A stretch of 44,335 nucleotides of DNA from Dehalococcoidia bacterium. GTDB taxonomy: Bacteria > Chloroflexota > Dehalococcoidia > Dehalococcoidales > S120. Shown piece after piece: positions 17,419 through 26,906 of this stretch. The notes under the pieces are model-generated. The model was not told where the DNA came from, ran no database searches, and saw only the letters and a list, made by a program, of their open reading frames with translations. The stretch's first letter is position 1. Every line of letters starts with the position of its first letter. Made by a program: the position numbers and the translations under genes. Where the stretch lies: contig DUER01000142.1 in NCBI GenBank assembly GCA_011192075.1, positions 16,910-61,244 of the forward strand, read 5' to 3'.

Positions 17419-18420
17419 ATTAAGGAAACCTATGCTACGGCTGGTGTTAATATTGCTCTTGCGGCTAAAGCCAAGGAGTTGATAAGTAAGCATGCCCGGT
17501 CTACTCTCCGTCCCGAGGTCTTGAGTGGTGTCGGCTTCTTTGGCGGACTTTTTGAATTTAAAGGGTATGAGCATCCAGTTCTGGTGTCTAGCGTTGATGG
17601 GGTAGGTACCAAGCTGAAGATTGCCTCTGCTTTAGGTAGGCACAATACCATTGGTATTGACCTGGTTAATCATTGTGTTAATGACATCCTTACCACTGGT
17701 GCTGAGCCGCTCTTCTTTCTGGACTATATTGCTATGGGCAAGCTGGTGCCAGAGCAGGTGGAGGCTATCGCTCAGGGGCTAGCCACTGCTTGCCGTGAAG
17801 TTGGTTGTGCCCTTATCGGTGGTGAAACAGCGGAGATGCCCGGGCTATATGCTGGCGAGGATTATGACCTGGTAGGTTTCATCATCGGGGTGGTGGAGAA
17901 AGAGAAGATTATCATGGGGAAGACAATAAAGGTTGGTGATATTATTATTGGCATGCCCTCTAGTGGACTTCATACCAACGGTTATTCCCTGGTGCGTAAG
18001 ATTTTTAGTGTTAACCAATTAGAGAAGTATTACCCTGACTTGGGTCGAACCCTGGGTGAGGAGCTTCTGGAACCTCATCACTGCTACTATCATCAATTGA
18101 AGCCGCTACTACCGTTTATTAAGGGAATGGCGCACATCACCGGTGGTGGATTGATTGATAATGTGCCCCGGGTTCTGCCCCAAGGTATGGCAGCACAGTT
18201 TCCTAGTCGGGAGTGGACGATACCTCCAATTTTCCAGCTCATCCAGCGGCGGGGTAATATTGACCGCAACGAGATGTATCGGGTGTTTAATATGGGTATT
18301 GGCATGGCGCTCATTGGCTCACCTGCTGATGCTGACCGGCTCACCCAGGCACTGCCTGAGGCGAATATTATTGGTGAAGTGGTGGAACAAAAGGGAGAGG
18401 TAAGGGTAATCATCAATTAG
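17419..18420 (+). CDS. purM: Phosphoribosylformylglycinamidine cyclo-ligase (AIR synthetase), apparently initiating at ATT
   Basis: Extending ORF 17479-18420 upstream in frame gives (ATT)KETYATAGVNIALAAKAKELISKHARSTLRPEVLSGVGFFGGLF..., the conserved PurM N-terminus. AAGGAGG at 17404-17410 is 8 nt upstream of ATT 17419. An in-frame TAA sits at 17386-17388, and there is no ATG/GTG/TTG before TTG 17479. Confidence 0.82.
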   Translation: MKETYATAGVNIALAAKAKELISKHARSTLRPEVLSGVGFFGGLFEFKGYEHPVLVSSVDGVGTKLKIASALGRHNTIGIDLVNHCVNDILTTGAEPLFFLDYIAMGKLVPEQVEAIAQGLATACREVGCALIGGETAEMPGLYAGEDYDLVGFIIGVVEKEKIIMGKTIKVGDIIIGMPSSGLHTNGYSLVRKIFSVNQLEKYYPDLGRTLGEELLEPHHCYYHQLKPLLPFIKGMAHITGGGLIDNVPRVLPQGMAAQFPSREWTIPPIFQLIQRRGNIDRNEMYRVFNMGIGMALIGSPADADRLTQALPEANIIGEVVEQKGEVRVIIN

Positions 18421-18433
18421 CTAACAGGGAGTT

Positions 18434-18492
18434 TAAGAGGGGCGAAGCCCCTCTAGCATAACCAGCCCCCCTCTCCTTTGAGGGAGAGGGGG
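18434..18492 (+). repeat. G-rich double-hairpin (REP-like) module, copy 3
   Basis: AGAGGGG (18436-18442) pairs with CCCCTCT (18448-18454) around loop CGAAG. CCCCCTCTCC (18467-18476) pairs with GGAGAGGGGG (18483-18492). It lies between purM and the alkylation-repair gene. Confidence 0.55.
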
Positions 18493-18518
18493 ATACAGGG
18501 GGTGAGGTGGAGGTGGGT

Positions 18519-19202
18519 ATGCAGTACGACGATATTATTGAAAGATTGAAAACCATGTCTGACCCTGAAGCAGTGAAGGGGATGGCACGGTTTGGCATCA
18601 ATCCGGTAAACACTTACGGGGTATCGGGTCCGATCCTAAGGAGAATAGCTAGGGAAGTCGGTAAAGACCGCGCTCTGGCTCAGCGACTGTGGACATCAGG
18701 AATTCATGAAGCGCGGATAATTGCCGGTATGATTGATGTGCCCGAAATGGTAACCGATGTGCAAATGGAAAGCTGGGTTAAAGACTTTGACTCCTGGGAT
18801 GTTTGTGACCAGTGTTGCAGCAATCTATTCGACAAAACCAAGTTTGCTCATCAAAAGGCGGTTGAGTGGAGTAAAAGAGAGGAAGAGTTTGTTAAACGGG
18901 CCGGATTTACCTTAATGTCGACATTGGCCGTTCATGATAAAAAGGCCTCCGATGAGGAGTTTATGAAATTCCTGCCGGTAATCAAGGATGGGTCTGTTGA
19001 TAATAGAAACTTTGTCAAGAAATCGGTTAACTGGGCATTAAGACAGATTGGAAAACGAAACTACAATTTAAATGAGATGGCAATTAAAGTAGCCGAAGAG
19101 ATTAAGCAAATCAATTCAAAAAGTGCCAGGTGGATTGCCTCTGATGCTATTCGTGAATTGACCAGCGAGACGGTTCAAAACAGACTGAATAAGGTAAAGT
19201 AA
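18519..19202 (+). CDS. DNA alkylation repair protein (AlkD/AlkC-like HEAT-repeat family)
   Basis: ...DPEAVKGMARFGI......YGVS.P.LR.IA.......LA..LW.SGIHEARI.A....D......E.W..DFDSWDVCD.CC..LF... matches the DNA_alkylation family pattern. ATG 18519 follows GGAGGTGGG. Confidence 0.72.
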   Translation: MQYDDIIERLKTMSDPEAVKGMARFGINPVNTYGVSGPILRRIAREVGKDRALAQRLWTSGIHEARIIAGMIDVPEMVTDVQMESWVKDFDSWDVCDQCCSNLFDKTKFAHQKAVEWSKREEEFVKRAGFTLMSTLAVHDKKASDEEFMKFLPVIKDGSVDNRNFVKKSVNWALRQIGKRNYNLNEMAIKVAEEIKQINSKSARWIASDAIRELTSETVQNRLNKVK

Positions 19203-19221
19203 GTACATATTGGAGGTCTTT

Positions 19222-20766
19222 ATGCGAGCTATTGTCAGTGTTTCTAATAAGACCGACCTGGCTGATTTTGCCCAGGGGTTGAGCCAGTTGGGATGTGAGG
19301 TTTTTAGTACCGGTGGCACTAAGAAAGCGCTGGCCGAGGCCGGGGTGCCAGTGAAAGGTGTCTCCGAAATAACCGGATTTCCTGAGATTCTTGACGGCAG
19401 GGTAAAGACCCTGCATCCGGCAGTTCACGGTGGCATTCTGGCTAAGCGTAACCTGCCGGAACATATGGTTCAGCTAGCCGAGAATAACATTAAGAGTATT
19501 GACCTGGTGGCAGTTAATCTCTATCCCTTTGTCCAGACGGTAGCCAAGGAAAATGTTACTCTTGATGAGGCATTGGAGAATATTGATATAGGTGGGCCAA
19601 CCTTAATTCGGGCGGCAGCCAAAAACTTCCCCAGTGTCATTGTAGTGGTTGATCCCGCCGATTATCAGCCAGTTTTGGAGAAATTGAGAGGAGGAGATAT
19701 AGACCTGACTGAGCGTAAACGGCTGGCGCAGAAGGCTTTTCAGCATGTAGCCGTCTATGATACGGCTATTTCACAGTACCTGGGGCGAGATATGGAGGGT
19801 CTCCCTGAGGAGATGACCATAGCCCTGAAGAAGCGCTATGGGCTTCGCTACGGTGAGAATCCCCACCAGCAGGCTGCCTTCTATGCCGAACAAAGTGTAG
19901 AAGCCAAACAGGATACCGGTATCACCTGGGCAAAGCAGTTATGGGGTAAGGAACTTTCATTTAATAATATCCAGGATGCCGATGCTGCTTGGGGAGTGGC
20001 CATTGATTTTTCAGCACCTACGGTAGCCATTATTAAGCACACTAATCCCTGTGGCCTGGCAAATCATGATGATATTGCTGAGGCCTATCGACGGGCGCTC
20101 AGTGGCGACCCAGTAGCTGCCTTCGGTGGCATTGTGGCTTCAAATAGAGCTATTAACACGGCTGCCGCTCAGGAAATCAGCCAGACCTTTTACGAGATAG
20201 TTATTGCTCCTGAGTATGAAGCTCAGGCTCTGGAAATATTGAAGCGTAAGAAAGATCTTCGCCTTCTTATTGCTGAATTATCGCCGGATTATAGTACAGC
20301 TCTGGCAGGCTATCTTGATTTCCGCAAGGTCAGGGGTGGATTTCTTGTCCAGAGTTCCGATTCTGTTCCTGAAGGTAGCGTCGATTTGAAAGTGGTAACC
20401 AAGCGTGAGCCAACTAAGGCTGAAATAGAAAACCTACTTTTTGCCTGGCGAGTGGTTAAGCATGTAAAGTCAAACGCCATTGTACTGGCTAAAGATAAGA
20501 CACTCTTAGGAATGGGGGCGGGACAACCCAGTCGGATTGTCAGTGCCCAGATAGCTAAGGAGAAGGCTGGAGAGAAAACCGTAGGTAGTGTTCTGGCTTC
20601 GGATGCTATGTTCCCATTTCCCGATGTGGTGGAGGCGGCGGCCGTTGGTGGAGTAACGGCTATTATCCAGCCCGGTGGTTCAATAAGGGATGAAGCATCA
20701 ATTAAGGCAGCCGATGAGCACAATATAGCTATGGTTTTTACTGGCGTGAGGCATTTCAGACATTAG
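19222..20766 (+). CDS. purH: Bifunctional AICAR transformylase / IMP cyclohydrolase
   Basis: MRAIVSVSNKTDL..FA..L...G.E..STGGT...L..AG..V..VSE.TGFPEILDGRVKTLHP..HGGIL... through the C-terminal ...MVFTGVRHFRH. ATG 19222 lies 6 nt after GGAGG. Confidence 0.95.
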   Translation: MRAIVSVSNKTDLADFAQGLSQLGCEVFSTGGTKKALAEAGVPVKGVSEITGFPEILDGRVKTLHPAVHGGILAKRNLPEHMVQLAENNIKSIDLVAVNLYPFVQTVAKENVTLDEALENIDIGGPTLIRAAAKNFPSVIVVVDPADYQPVLEKLRGGDIDLTERKRLAQKAFQHVAVYDTAISQYLGRDMEGLPEEMTIALKKRYGLRYGENPHQQAAFYAEQSVEAKQDTGITWAKQLWGKELSFNNIQDADAAWGVAIDFSAPTVAIIKHTNPCGLANHDDIAEAYRRALSGDPVAAFGGIVASNRAINTAAAQEISQTFYEIVIAPEYEAQALEILKRKKDLRLLIAELSPDYSTALAGYLDFRKVRGGFLVQSSDSVPEGSVDLKVVTKREPTKAEIENLLFAWRVVKHVKSNAIVLAKDKTLLGMGAGQPSRIVSAQIAKEKAGEKTVGSVLASDAMFPFPDVVEAAAVGGVTAIIQPGGSIRDEASIKAADEHNIAMVFTGVRHFRH

Positions 20767-20828
20767 GTTCATATTTGAGTTAGCTCGGCAACTGTAATAG
20801 TGCCTGAACCAAGCAGTGGAGGGGGACA

Positions 20829-21359
20829 ATGGCTACTGTAGTTTTAATTATAGATATGACCAAAGGTTTTTTTGAGGAGGGTTATCCGCTTTATTGTGGT
20901 GACAGAGCCCGCCAGATAATACCGAATGTGCAGCGCCTTTTGGAGCAAGAACTCACCTGGGGTTCACAGATTTTATTCCTTAATGACCACCATGACCCCG
21001 ATGACCTTGAGTTCAAGATGTTCCCACCGCATTGTGTTGCTGGCACCCCTGAGACCGAAGTTATTCCTGAGCTAGCTAAGTATCCTGGAGAGATAATACC
21101 CAAGAAGCGTTTTAGCGCTTTTTATGGTACTACCCTTGGAGAGAGGTTGAGCCAGCTAAAGCCGGAGAAGGTGATTGTTTGTGGGGTGTGTACTGACATT
21201 TGCGTGTGTCATACTGTGTGTGATGCTAGAGACCGTGACTATAGAGTAGAGGTACCTGTTGACTGTGTTGCTTCGTTCGATGATACAGCGCATAATTTTG
21301 CCCTGGGGCATATGGAGAATGTGTTGGGGGCGAAGCTGACCAGTGTCGGAGGTGACTAG
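20829..21359 (+). CDS. pncA: Isochorismatase-family cysteine hydrolase, probable nicotinamidase
   Basis: VLIIDM.KGF..., ...KKRFSAFYGT.L and VCGVCTDICV (catalytic Cys). It overlaps the downstream NAPRTase gene by 1 nt (TAGTG), which supports an NAD-salvage role. Confidence 0.68.
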   Translation: MATVVLIIDMTKGFFEEGYPLYCGDRARQIIPNVQRLLEQELTWGSQILFLNDHHDPDDLEFKMFPPHCVAGTPETEVIPELAKYPGEIIPKKRFSAFYGTTLGERLSQLKPEKVIVCGVCTDICVCHTVCDARDRDYRVEVPVDCVASFDDTAHNFALGHMENVLGAKLTSVGGD

Positions 21360-22357
21360 TGAAGGAACCCAAATTTGAACCGAGTGAGGCAGTGTTATCC
21401 GGGGAGACGGCTGATATCTACTTCGCCCGCACTGTAGACATTTTACGTCAGGAAAAGTTCAACCCGGTGGCTACGCTGGAGGTATTCTCCAGTCGGGCGG
21501 GGATAATCTGTGGCATGGAAGAGGTCAATGCTCTGTTGGCTAAGGTTTTGCCTGAGGATAACCGTGAGGTATGGGCTTTGGCTGAGGGTGAGGCAATGGA
21601 CAAGAAGGAAGTGGTATTGCGTATAACTGCTCCCTATCAGAGCTACGGGCTGTATGAAACAGCAATAGATGGCATTTTAGCTCATTGCAGTGGTTGGGCA
21701 ACAGCCGCCAGAGAGTGTGTGGAAGCAGCTCAGGGGATACCTCTCATCAGCTTTGGCGCTCGCCATGTTCATCCCTCAGTAGCTGGGGTAATGGAATATG
21801 CCGCTATCGTTGGCGGTTGTGTTAGTTGCTCCAGTGTGGATGGCGCTAAGCTGGCTGGTGTTGAACCAAGAGGGACTATACCCCATGCTCTGATTATTAT
21901 TATGGGCGATACGGTTACGGCAACTCTGGCCTTCGATAAGTATATGCCGTCGGGGGTGCCTCGTGTCTCTCTGGTTGACACCTTTAAGGATGAGGCTGAG
22001 GAAAGCCTGCTGGTGGCTCAAGCGCTGGGGAAGAAACTTAAAAGTGTGCGGCTGGATACCCCCAGCGAAAGGGGTGGGGTCACTGCTGCCTTGGTTAAGG
22101 AGGTAAGAGCCAGGCTAGATTTAGCTGGCTTCAAGCATGTAGGAATTTTTGTTAGTGGTGGCATTGACCCGGAGCGCATTATCTACTTTATTGCGAATGG
22201 GGCTCCGGTTGACGCTTTTGGTGTAGGCAGTTATATCAGTGGGGCTAAGCCTATTGACTTTACCGCTGACCTGCACGAGGTGGAAGGCCAGCCAATTGCC
22301 AAGAGAGGTAGAATTCCGGGCATTACCCCTAACCCCAGGCTCAAGCGCATGATGTGA
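21359..22357 (+). CDS. pncB: Nicotinate phosphoribosyltransferase (short archaeal/bacterial type)
   Basis: ...GETADIYF.RT..IL..., ...FG.R...P......A..GG....S......, ...VRLDTPSERGG.., ...VSGG.D...I......PVDAFGVGS motifs. Confidence 0.78.
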   Translation: MKEPKFEPSEAVLSGETADIYFARTVDILRQEKFNPVATLEVFSSRAGIICGMEEVNALLAKVLPEDNREVWALAEGEAMDKKEVVLRITAPYQSYGLYETAIDGILAHCSGWATAARECVEAAQGIPLISFGARHVHPSVAGVMEYAAIVGGCVSCSSVDGAKLAGVEPRGTIPHALIIIMGDTVTATLAFDKYMPSGVPRVSLVDTFKDEAEESLLVAQALGKKLKSVRLDTPSERGGVTAALVKEVRARLDLAGFKHVGIFVSGGIDPERIIYFIANGAPVDAFGVGSYISGAKPIDFTADLHEVEGQPIAKRGRIPGITPNPRLKRMM

Positions 22358-22366
22358 GTGGCTGGC

Positions 22367-23806
22367 TTAGCTATGCTCAAATTTCAGGCGTAGAATCTGC
22401 TTGGTCTCTTCGCTAACCTTTACCCGCTCGTCTATGCGCCAGCCGACAACCCACAGGATTTGACTCGGGGAGCAGACAATAGGAATTCGCTGGCGCCAGG
22501 CACGAGGAATTTTGGCGTCAATCATAAACTCGCCTAGCTTCTTGGGCTGGCTTAACCCCAGTGGCTTAAACCAGTCGCCGGTCTGGCGACTTCGCACTGC
22601 CAATTTGTTACCGGTCTTATCAAGGTCGAGGTAGGCAGCAAAGTCATTATTCTTTTCTGCCATCTGTTTCCGGTTAATAATAGTTGCCTCTATACGCCAG
22701 CCAGGTAGTGAAGTCTCGCCGGGCAGCTTTAATGGAAACTTACCTCCCAGTATAGGGAGGGGGGATAAAACTGCTGACCCAGGGGCCAGCAAGTATCGGT
22801 TGTATTCTATGGCAAAGATTAGGCCTCTGGGCAGGCTGATTCTTCTTCCTGCTGGCTTAGTCAAGGCAGCTATTATTCCTTCAATATGGCGTGTCTCAAT
22901 ATCCTTAAGATTGCCTAGCAGCTTGCCTATGGCTACCCGAAGCAGGTGTCGCTTAAGAGCCGAAGGTAGCTTAAGAAACCTTTCCTTGTCCAAAATAATC
23001 GTATCTTCTTGTTCTTGGGCAATCTTATCCCATAATTGGGTACTCTCTTCATCTAAGAAGGCGAGGTCATCACCGGCAATTTGGGCAGTTCGAAGTAGAG
23101 CTTCAGCTACCCGTGGGTTATAGCTCTTAAGCAGGGGTAGGAGCTGATGGCGCATTCTATTTCTCAGCGGTGATAGTGACAGGTTGGAGGCATCAAGTCG
23201 GGGACTAATCTTATGGTTATGGCAATAGTCCGTTGTTTCCTGTCGGTTTATCTGTAGTAACGGTCTTATTATATTGAGGCTGTTTCCGGTTTGCCTTAGT
23301 TGCCATTCGGTGCTCGGCTGTAATCCACGAAGCCCTCTGGTTCCTGTTCCCCGTATCAGATGCATCAGTATGGTCTCTATATGGTCATCAATGGTATGCC
23401 CTACTACCACCTGGCTAGCTCCGATAGACCTGGCTATCTCAGCCAGGAAAGTATATCGCACCTCACGAGCTGCCTCTTCTAACGAGATGCGGTGCCGAGC
23501 TTGATGGGACTTGACATCACGCTCCTCAATAGTAGCTGGAATACCCAGTTGGTGAGCTAAATCAGAAACATATTGGGCATCAGCCTTAGACTCAGCACCT
23601 CGCAGTTGATGATTAAGGTGAGCCACATGCAGCCCTATACCTAGCTCATTCTGGAGATTAACCAGGATGTGGAGCAAACAGACTGAATCTGGGCCGCCTG
23701 ATACTGCTACCAGAAGTGGTTGCTGACTTGATACCCGACGATGTTCTTGGATGAAGCGTAGCACCCGTTGTTCCAGTGATTCGTGATGTCCTTCCCTCTT
23801 CACCAT
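22367..23806 (-). CDS. tilS: tRNA(Ile)-lysidine synthase
   Basis: PP-loop LLVAVSGGPDSVCLLHIL, ...AHLNHQLRG.ES..D..., ...GHT.DD..ET.LM.L.RG.G, plus C-terminal substrate-binding domains (479 aa). Confidence 0.9.
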   Translation of the reverse strand: MVKREGHHESLEQRVLRFIQEHRRVSSQQPLLVAVSGGPDSVCLLHILVNLQNELGIGLHVAHLNHQLRGAESKADAQYVSDLAHQLGIPATIEERDVKSHQARHRISLEEAAREVRYTFLAEIARSIGASQVVVGHTIDDHIETILMHLIRGTGTRGLRGLQPSTEWQLRQTGNSLNIIRPLLQINRQETTDYCHNHKISPRLDASNLSLSPLRNRMRHQLLPLLKSYNPRVAEALLRTAQIAGDDLAFLDEESTQLWDKIAQEQEDTIILDKERFLKLPSALKRHLLRVAIGKLLGNLKDIETRHIEGIIAALTKPAGRRISLPRGLIFAIEYNRYLLAPGSAVLSPLPILGGKFPLKLPGETSLPGWRIEATIINRKQMAEKNNDFAAYLDLDKTGNKLAVRSRQTGDWFKPLGLSQPKKLGEFMIDAKIPRAWRQRIPIVCSPSQILWVVGWRIDERVKVSEETKQILRLKFEHS

Positions 23807-23810
23807 CTAC

Positions 23811-24458
23811 TTAACTTGTTTTTAGGATAAGTTTGGTGCGGTGCATAGACTGGGGGTAATGGGCAAAGCCTAGGGCAGCAGTAACCTGTTCTGGTCTTCC
23901 CGAGCCGCTATTATCGCAACGTAACTTCATCTCTATGGTGCAATATGGACGGTGCCAATCAATGAGCCGAAGGTTATCAATTAGAACCCTCAAGTCATAG
24001 CTCCGTATGCCAGTATCCCTCTGGTGCTGCCACGGTAGGTGCTCTGCTGACAGTAAAGAGCTGAGCCCCGACTCTATATCCTTTGGCTCCTTTTCGGTTT
24101 CTACTTCAACCTTATATTCGGCATAACGAACCTGTGATTGTAAGGAGGACTGGTTCGAGTTTATGGGATATACCTGTAATATTTCAATGCCGGGCGGTAG
24201 CTGCTGGCTGACGGCTGCGCTGAACCAGTGTGGAGAGACCCATTTGGTACAGAGTATATCCATTAGTTCGGCTTCACTGGTTACCCCTATGGCGAGGGGT
24301 ACCGCTAGGGATATTCGGGGATGGGGGTTAAATCCCTCCGAATAGGAAAGTGGTATCTCGGCGCGGTGTAGCGCTCTTTGCCACAGCCGTATTATATCCA
24401 GATGGGAGATGAACTGTATCTCCACTCCTCGGCAGAACCTAATCCGCAGACGCTGCAT
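23811..24458 (-). CDS. TIGR03936/DUF2344-family radical-SAM-associated protein
   Basis: MQRLRIRF.RG.E..FISHLDI.R.WQRALHRAE.PL.YSEGFNPHPRIS.A.PL..G..SE.E..D is characteristic of DUF2344. Overlaps the upstream CNNM gene by 20 nt. Confidence 0.72.
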   Translation of the reverse strand: MQRLRIRFCRGVEIQFISHLDIIRLWQRALHRAEIPLSYSEGFNPHPRISLAVPLAIGVTSEAELMDILCTKWVSPHWFSAAVSQQLPPGIEILQVYPINSNQSSLQSQVRYAEYKVEVETEKEPKDIESGLSSLLSAEHLPWQHQRDTGIRSYDLRVLIDNLRLIDWHRPYCTIEMKLRCDNSGSGRPEQVTAALGFAHYPQSMHRTKLILKTS

Positions 24459-25713
24459 GTCTTTCCTTAGTCAGTAGAATTTCCTCGATTTTCATCCCTC
24501 GCATTTTGGTTATTACCAGCTTCAAGCCCTTATACCTTAGCTGTTCACCTGTTCTAGGTATATACCCTAAAAGGTCGAGTACAAAGCCGGCCACAGTTTC
24601 ATACTCCCCCTCAGGTAATTCCAAGCCCATCTCTTCATTTGCTTCCTCAATACGCATGCTGCCATCAATTTGGAAGGTGTACTCATTAATTATCTCATAC
24701 TCCTTTTCTACGGCAGCTAGCTCGTCCCCTACCGGACCTACAATTTCCTCGACCAGCCGACTCAGGCTGACTATGCCCGCAGTACCACCATATTCATCTA
24801 CCACCACTGCCATCCGGTAGTTTTTATCGCGCATCTCGGTAAATAGTTCACTGATACGCTTGGTCTCAGGGGTGAAGTAAGCCGGGCGAATTAGGTCATC
24901 AATGACACCCTCATTATTAATGGTAGACTTAGCCTGAGCCATAAGCACATCCTTTACCGAAAGAATGCCGACCACATTATCCATGTTTTCCTGATAGACG
25001 GGGAAGCGAGATAAGGGGGATTCAGTGTAGAGGGCAAGGAAGTCGGCTAGTTTGGAGCCTTGCTCTATGCATACCACTTCTGGGCGTGGTACCATGACCT
25101 CATGGACTGGTCGGTCACCGAAGTCAAAAACCCGGTGGAGCATTTTGGCTTCAGACTCCTCCACTGTTCCCTCTCGATGTCCCACTGATATCATGGTGCG
25201 AATTTCTTCGTCAGTTGCTAGAAACCTGGGTGCCGGTGTTCCGCCAAGCATCTTGGTGAAGCTGGAAGCTATCCAGCTTAGCACGAATACGAAGGGGGTA
25301 AGTAGCCAAGATATTGTCTGTATTGGTTGAGCTAATGTTAGAGATAGCTTCTCAGCATGCTGGGTAGCTATGGTTTTGGGGGTAGTTTCACAGAATATCA
25401 GGAGAATGATGGCTACGCCTATAGTAGCAATAAGGATACCCCATTCTTCCCAAATGGAGACGGCTAGGGCAGTAGCCAGAGCGGCTGCTGCAGTGTTTAC
25501 CAAGTTATTGCCCAGCAGGATAGTGGATAGAAGCTTCTCCGGCCGCTCAATCATGCTGGCTACTCGCTTGGCTCCGCTGACCTTGGTCACGACCAGATGC
25601 TCTACTCTTATCCTCTGCAAGGCAATAAAGGCTGTTTCCGAGCTGGAAAAAAAGGCTGACAGAAGAAAACAGATAAAAAGTAACACCACATATAGTGTTT
25701 CCATACCGGACAT
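24439..25713 (-). CDS. CNNM/HlyC-CorC family transporter (DUF21 + CBS pair + CorC_HlyC)
   Basis: N-terminal 4-TM DUF21 (..FFSSSETAF..), a central CBS pair (VMVPR.......) and the C-terminal ...F.IDG......ANEE.GL.LPEGEYETVAGFVL..LG.IP..GE domain. Confidence 0.85.
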   Translation of the reverse strand: MSGMETLYVVLLFICFLLSAFFSSSETAFIALQRIRVEHLVVTKVSGAKRVASMIERPEKLLSTILLGNNLVNTAAAALATALAVSIWEEWGILIATIGVAIILLIFCETTPKTIATQHAEKLSLTLAQPIQTISWLLTPFVFVLSWIASSFTKMLGGTPAPRFLATDEEIRTMISVGHREGTVEESEAKMLHRVFDFGDRPVHEVMVPRPEVVCIEQGSKLADFLALYTESPLSRFPVYQENMDNVVGILSVKDVLMAQAKSTINNEGVIDDLIRPAYFTPETKRISELFTEMRDKNYRMAVVVDEYGGTAGIVSLSRLVEEIVGPVGDELAAVEKEYEIINEYTFQIDGSMRIEEANEEMGLELPEGEYETVAGFVLDLLGYIPRTGEQLRYKGLKLVITKMRGMKIEEILLTKERHAASAD

Positions 25714-25898
25714 ATAGCATCACCCCACTCTTAATAAGACCTTGAATAGTTCCCTTTTAGCCATCATAGCATTGGCTTATAGTTGTGTCAAAAGAGGCTG
25801 ATTATAGGTCGTTAGCAACCTCAAAAGAACACGGTTTAGCGTGTTGCGAAACTCTCTCGGTTATTCCTCCAATGGTATCTATGCTATAATCTGGAGGT

Positions 25899-26906
25899 AT
25901 GAAAATCCTGGGTATTGAGACCTCTTGTGACGAAACAGCAGCGGCAGTAGTGGCGGATGGGGTTGGCATTCTGTCCAATCAGATTGCCTCGCAGGTGGAA
26001 ATCCATGCCCGCTATGGGGGGATTGTTCCTGAGGTAGCCTCTCGCCAGCACATTCTCGCCATTATCCCGATTATTGAGCAAGCCATGGCTCAGGCTAAGG
26101 CTACCTGGGGCGATTTGGATGGCATTGCCGTTACTATGGGACCTGGTCTTGCTGGCTCACTGCTGGTAGGGGTAAATACGGCTAAGGCTATTGCTTTAGC
26201 TCGTGGGTTGCCTATCACTGGGGTTAATCACCTTGAGGGTCACATCTATGCTAACTGGCTGGGTAATTATACTCCTCACTTCCCCTTAGTCTGCCTGATT
26301 GTTTCTGGGGGGCATAGTGATTTAGTGTTGGTGAAAGGGCATGGGGACTATATAGTGTTGGGGCGGACACGGGATGATGCTGCCGGAGAGGCCTTTGATA
26401 AAGCAGCTAGGATATTGGGGTTGGGTTATCCCGGTGGTCCGGCCATTGAGCAGGCAGCAAGAGCGGGCACTGCCTCTCTCAAGCTGGCTCGTGCCTGGCT
26501 GAGGGGGACTAGTGACTTCAGCTTCAGTGGCGTCAAGGCAGAGTTGTTGCGCTTGGTAGAAAAGGGGAAGGTTTCACTATCAGCTAGCCAGGGTAGTGAG
26601 CTTATCACTGCGGCTGATGCCGCGGCTAGCTTTCAGGAGGCGGTGATAGATGTCTTGGTCACCAAGACTATTGAAGCCGCTAGGGAGCGCCGAGTAAAAC
26701 AGATTTTATTAGCCGGTGGGGTGGCATCAAATGAGTTGCTTCGTCGTCGGATGGTAGAAAACTCCCCCATCCCGGTTCTGGTTCCTGAGCTGGTATTATG
26801 TACTGACAACGCAGCTATGATTGCTGCCTGTGGCTACCATCGGTTTCAAGCCGGCAGGATAGCTGGATTGGATTTGGACGTGATTCCCAGCCTGAGGCTG
26901 GCCTAA
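25899..26906 (+). CDS. tsaD: tRNA N6-adenosine threonylcarbamoyltransferase
   Basis: [18 protein letters not shown]..., ...[11 protein letters not shown]..., ...VNHLEGHI......LIVSGGHS... and ...GEAFDK.AR.LGL.YPGGP.IE. Confidence 0.95.
   Translation: MKILGIETSCDETAAAVVADGVGILSNQIASQVEIHARYGGIVPEVASRQHILAIIPIIEQAMAQAKATWGDLDGIAVTMGPGLAGSLLVGVNTAKAIALARGLPITGVNHLEGHIYANWLGNYTPHFPLVCLIVSGGHSDLVLVKGHGDYIVLGRTRDDAAGEAFDKAARILGLGYPGGPAIEQAARAGTASLKLARAWLRGTSDFSFSGVKAELLRLVEKGKVSLSASQGSELITAADAAASFQEAVIDVLVTKTIEAARERRVKQILLAGGVASNELLRRRMVENSPIPVLVPELVLCTDNAAMIAACGYHRFQAGRIAGLDLDVIPSLRLA

Noticed and set aside
18413-18613. 66-aa minus-strand ORF between purM and the alkylation-repair gene
   Set aside because: It is the translation of the double-hairpin repeat (PVSPSPSKERGAGYARGASPLL) and overlaps the 5' end of the plus-strand gene, so it is a repeat artefact.
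25870-25898. TATAAT box 8 nt upstream of the tsaD ATG as its promoter
   Set aside because: The putative -35 is poor (TTATTC, 18-nt spacer) and the geometry would remove the GGAGG SD from the transcript. Support was too weak to list it as a feature.
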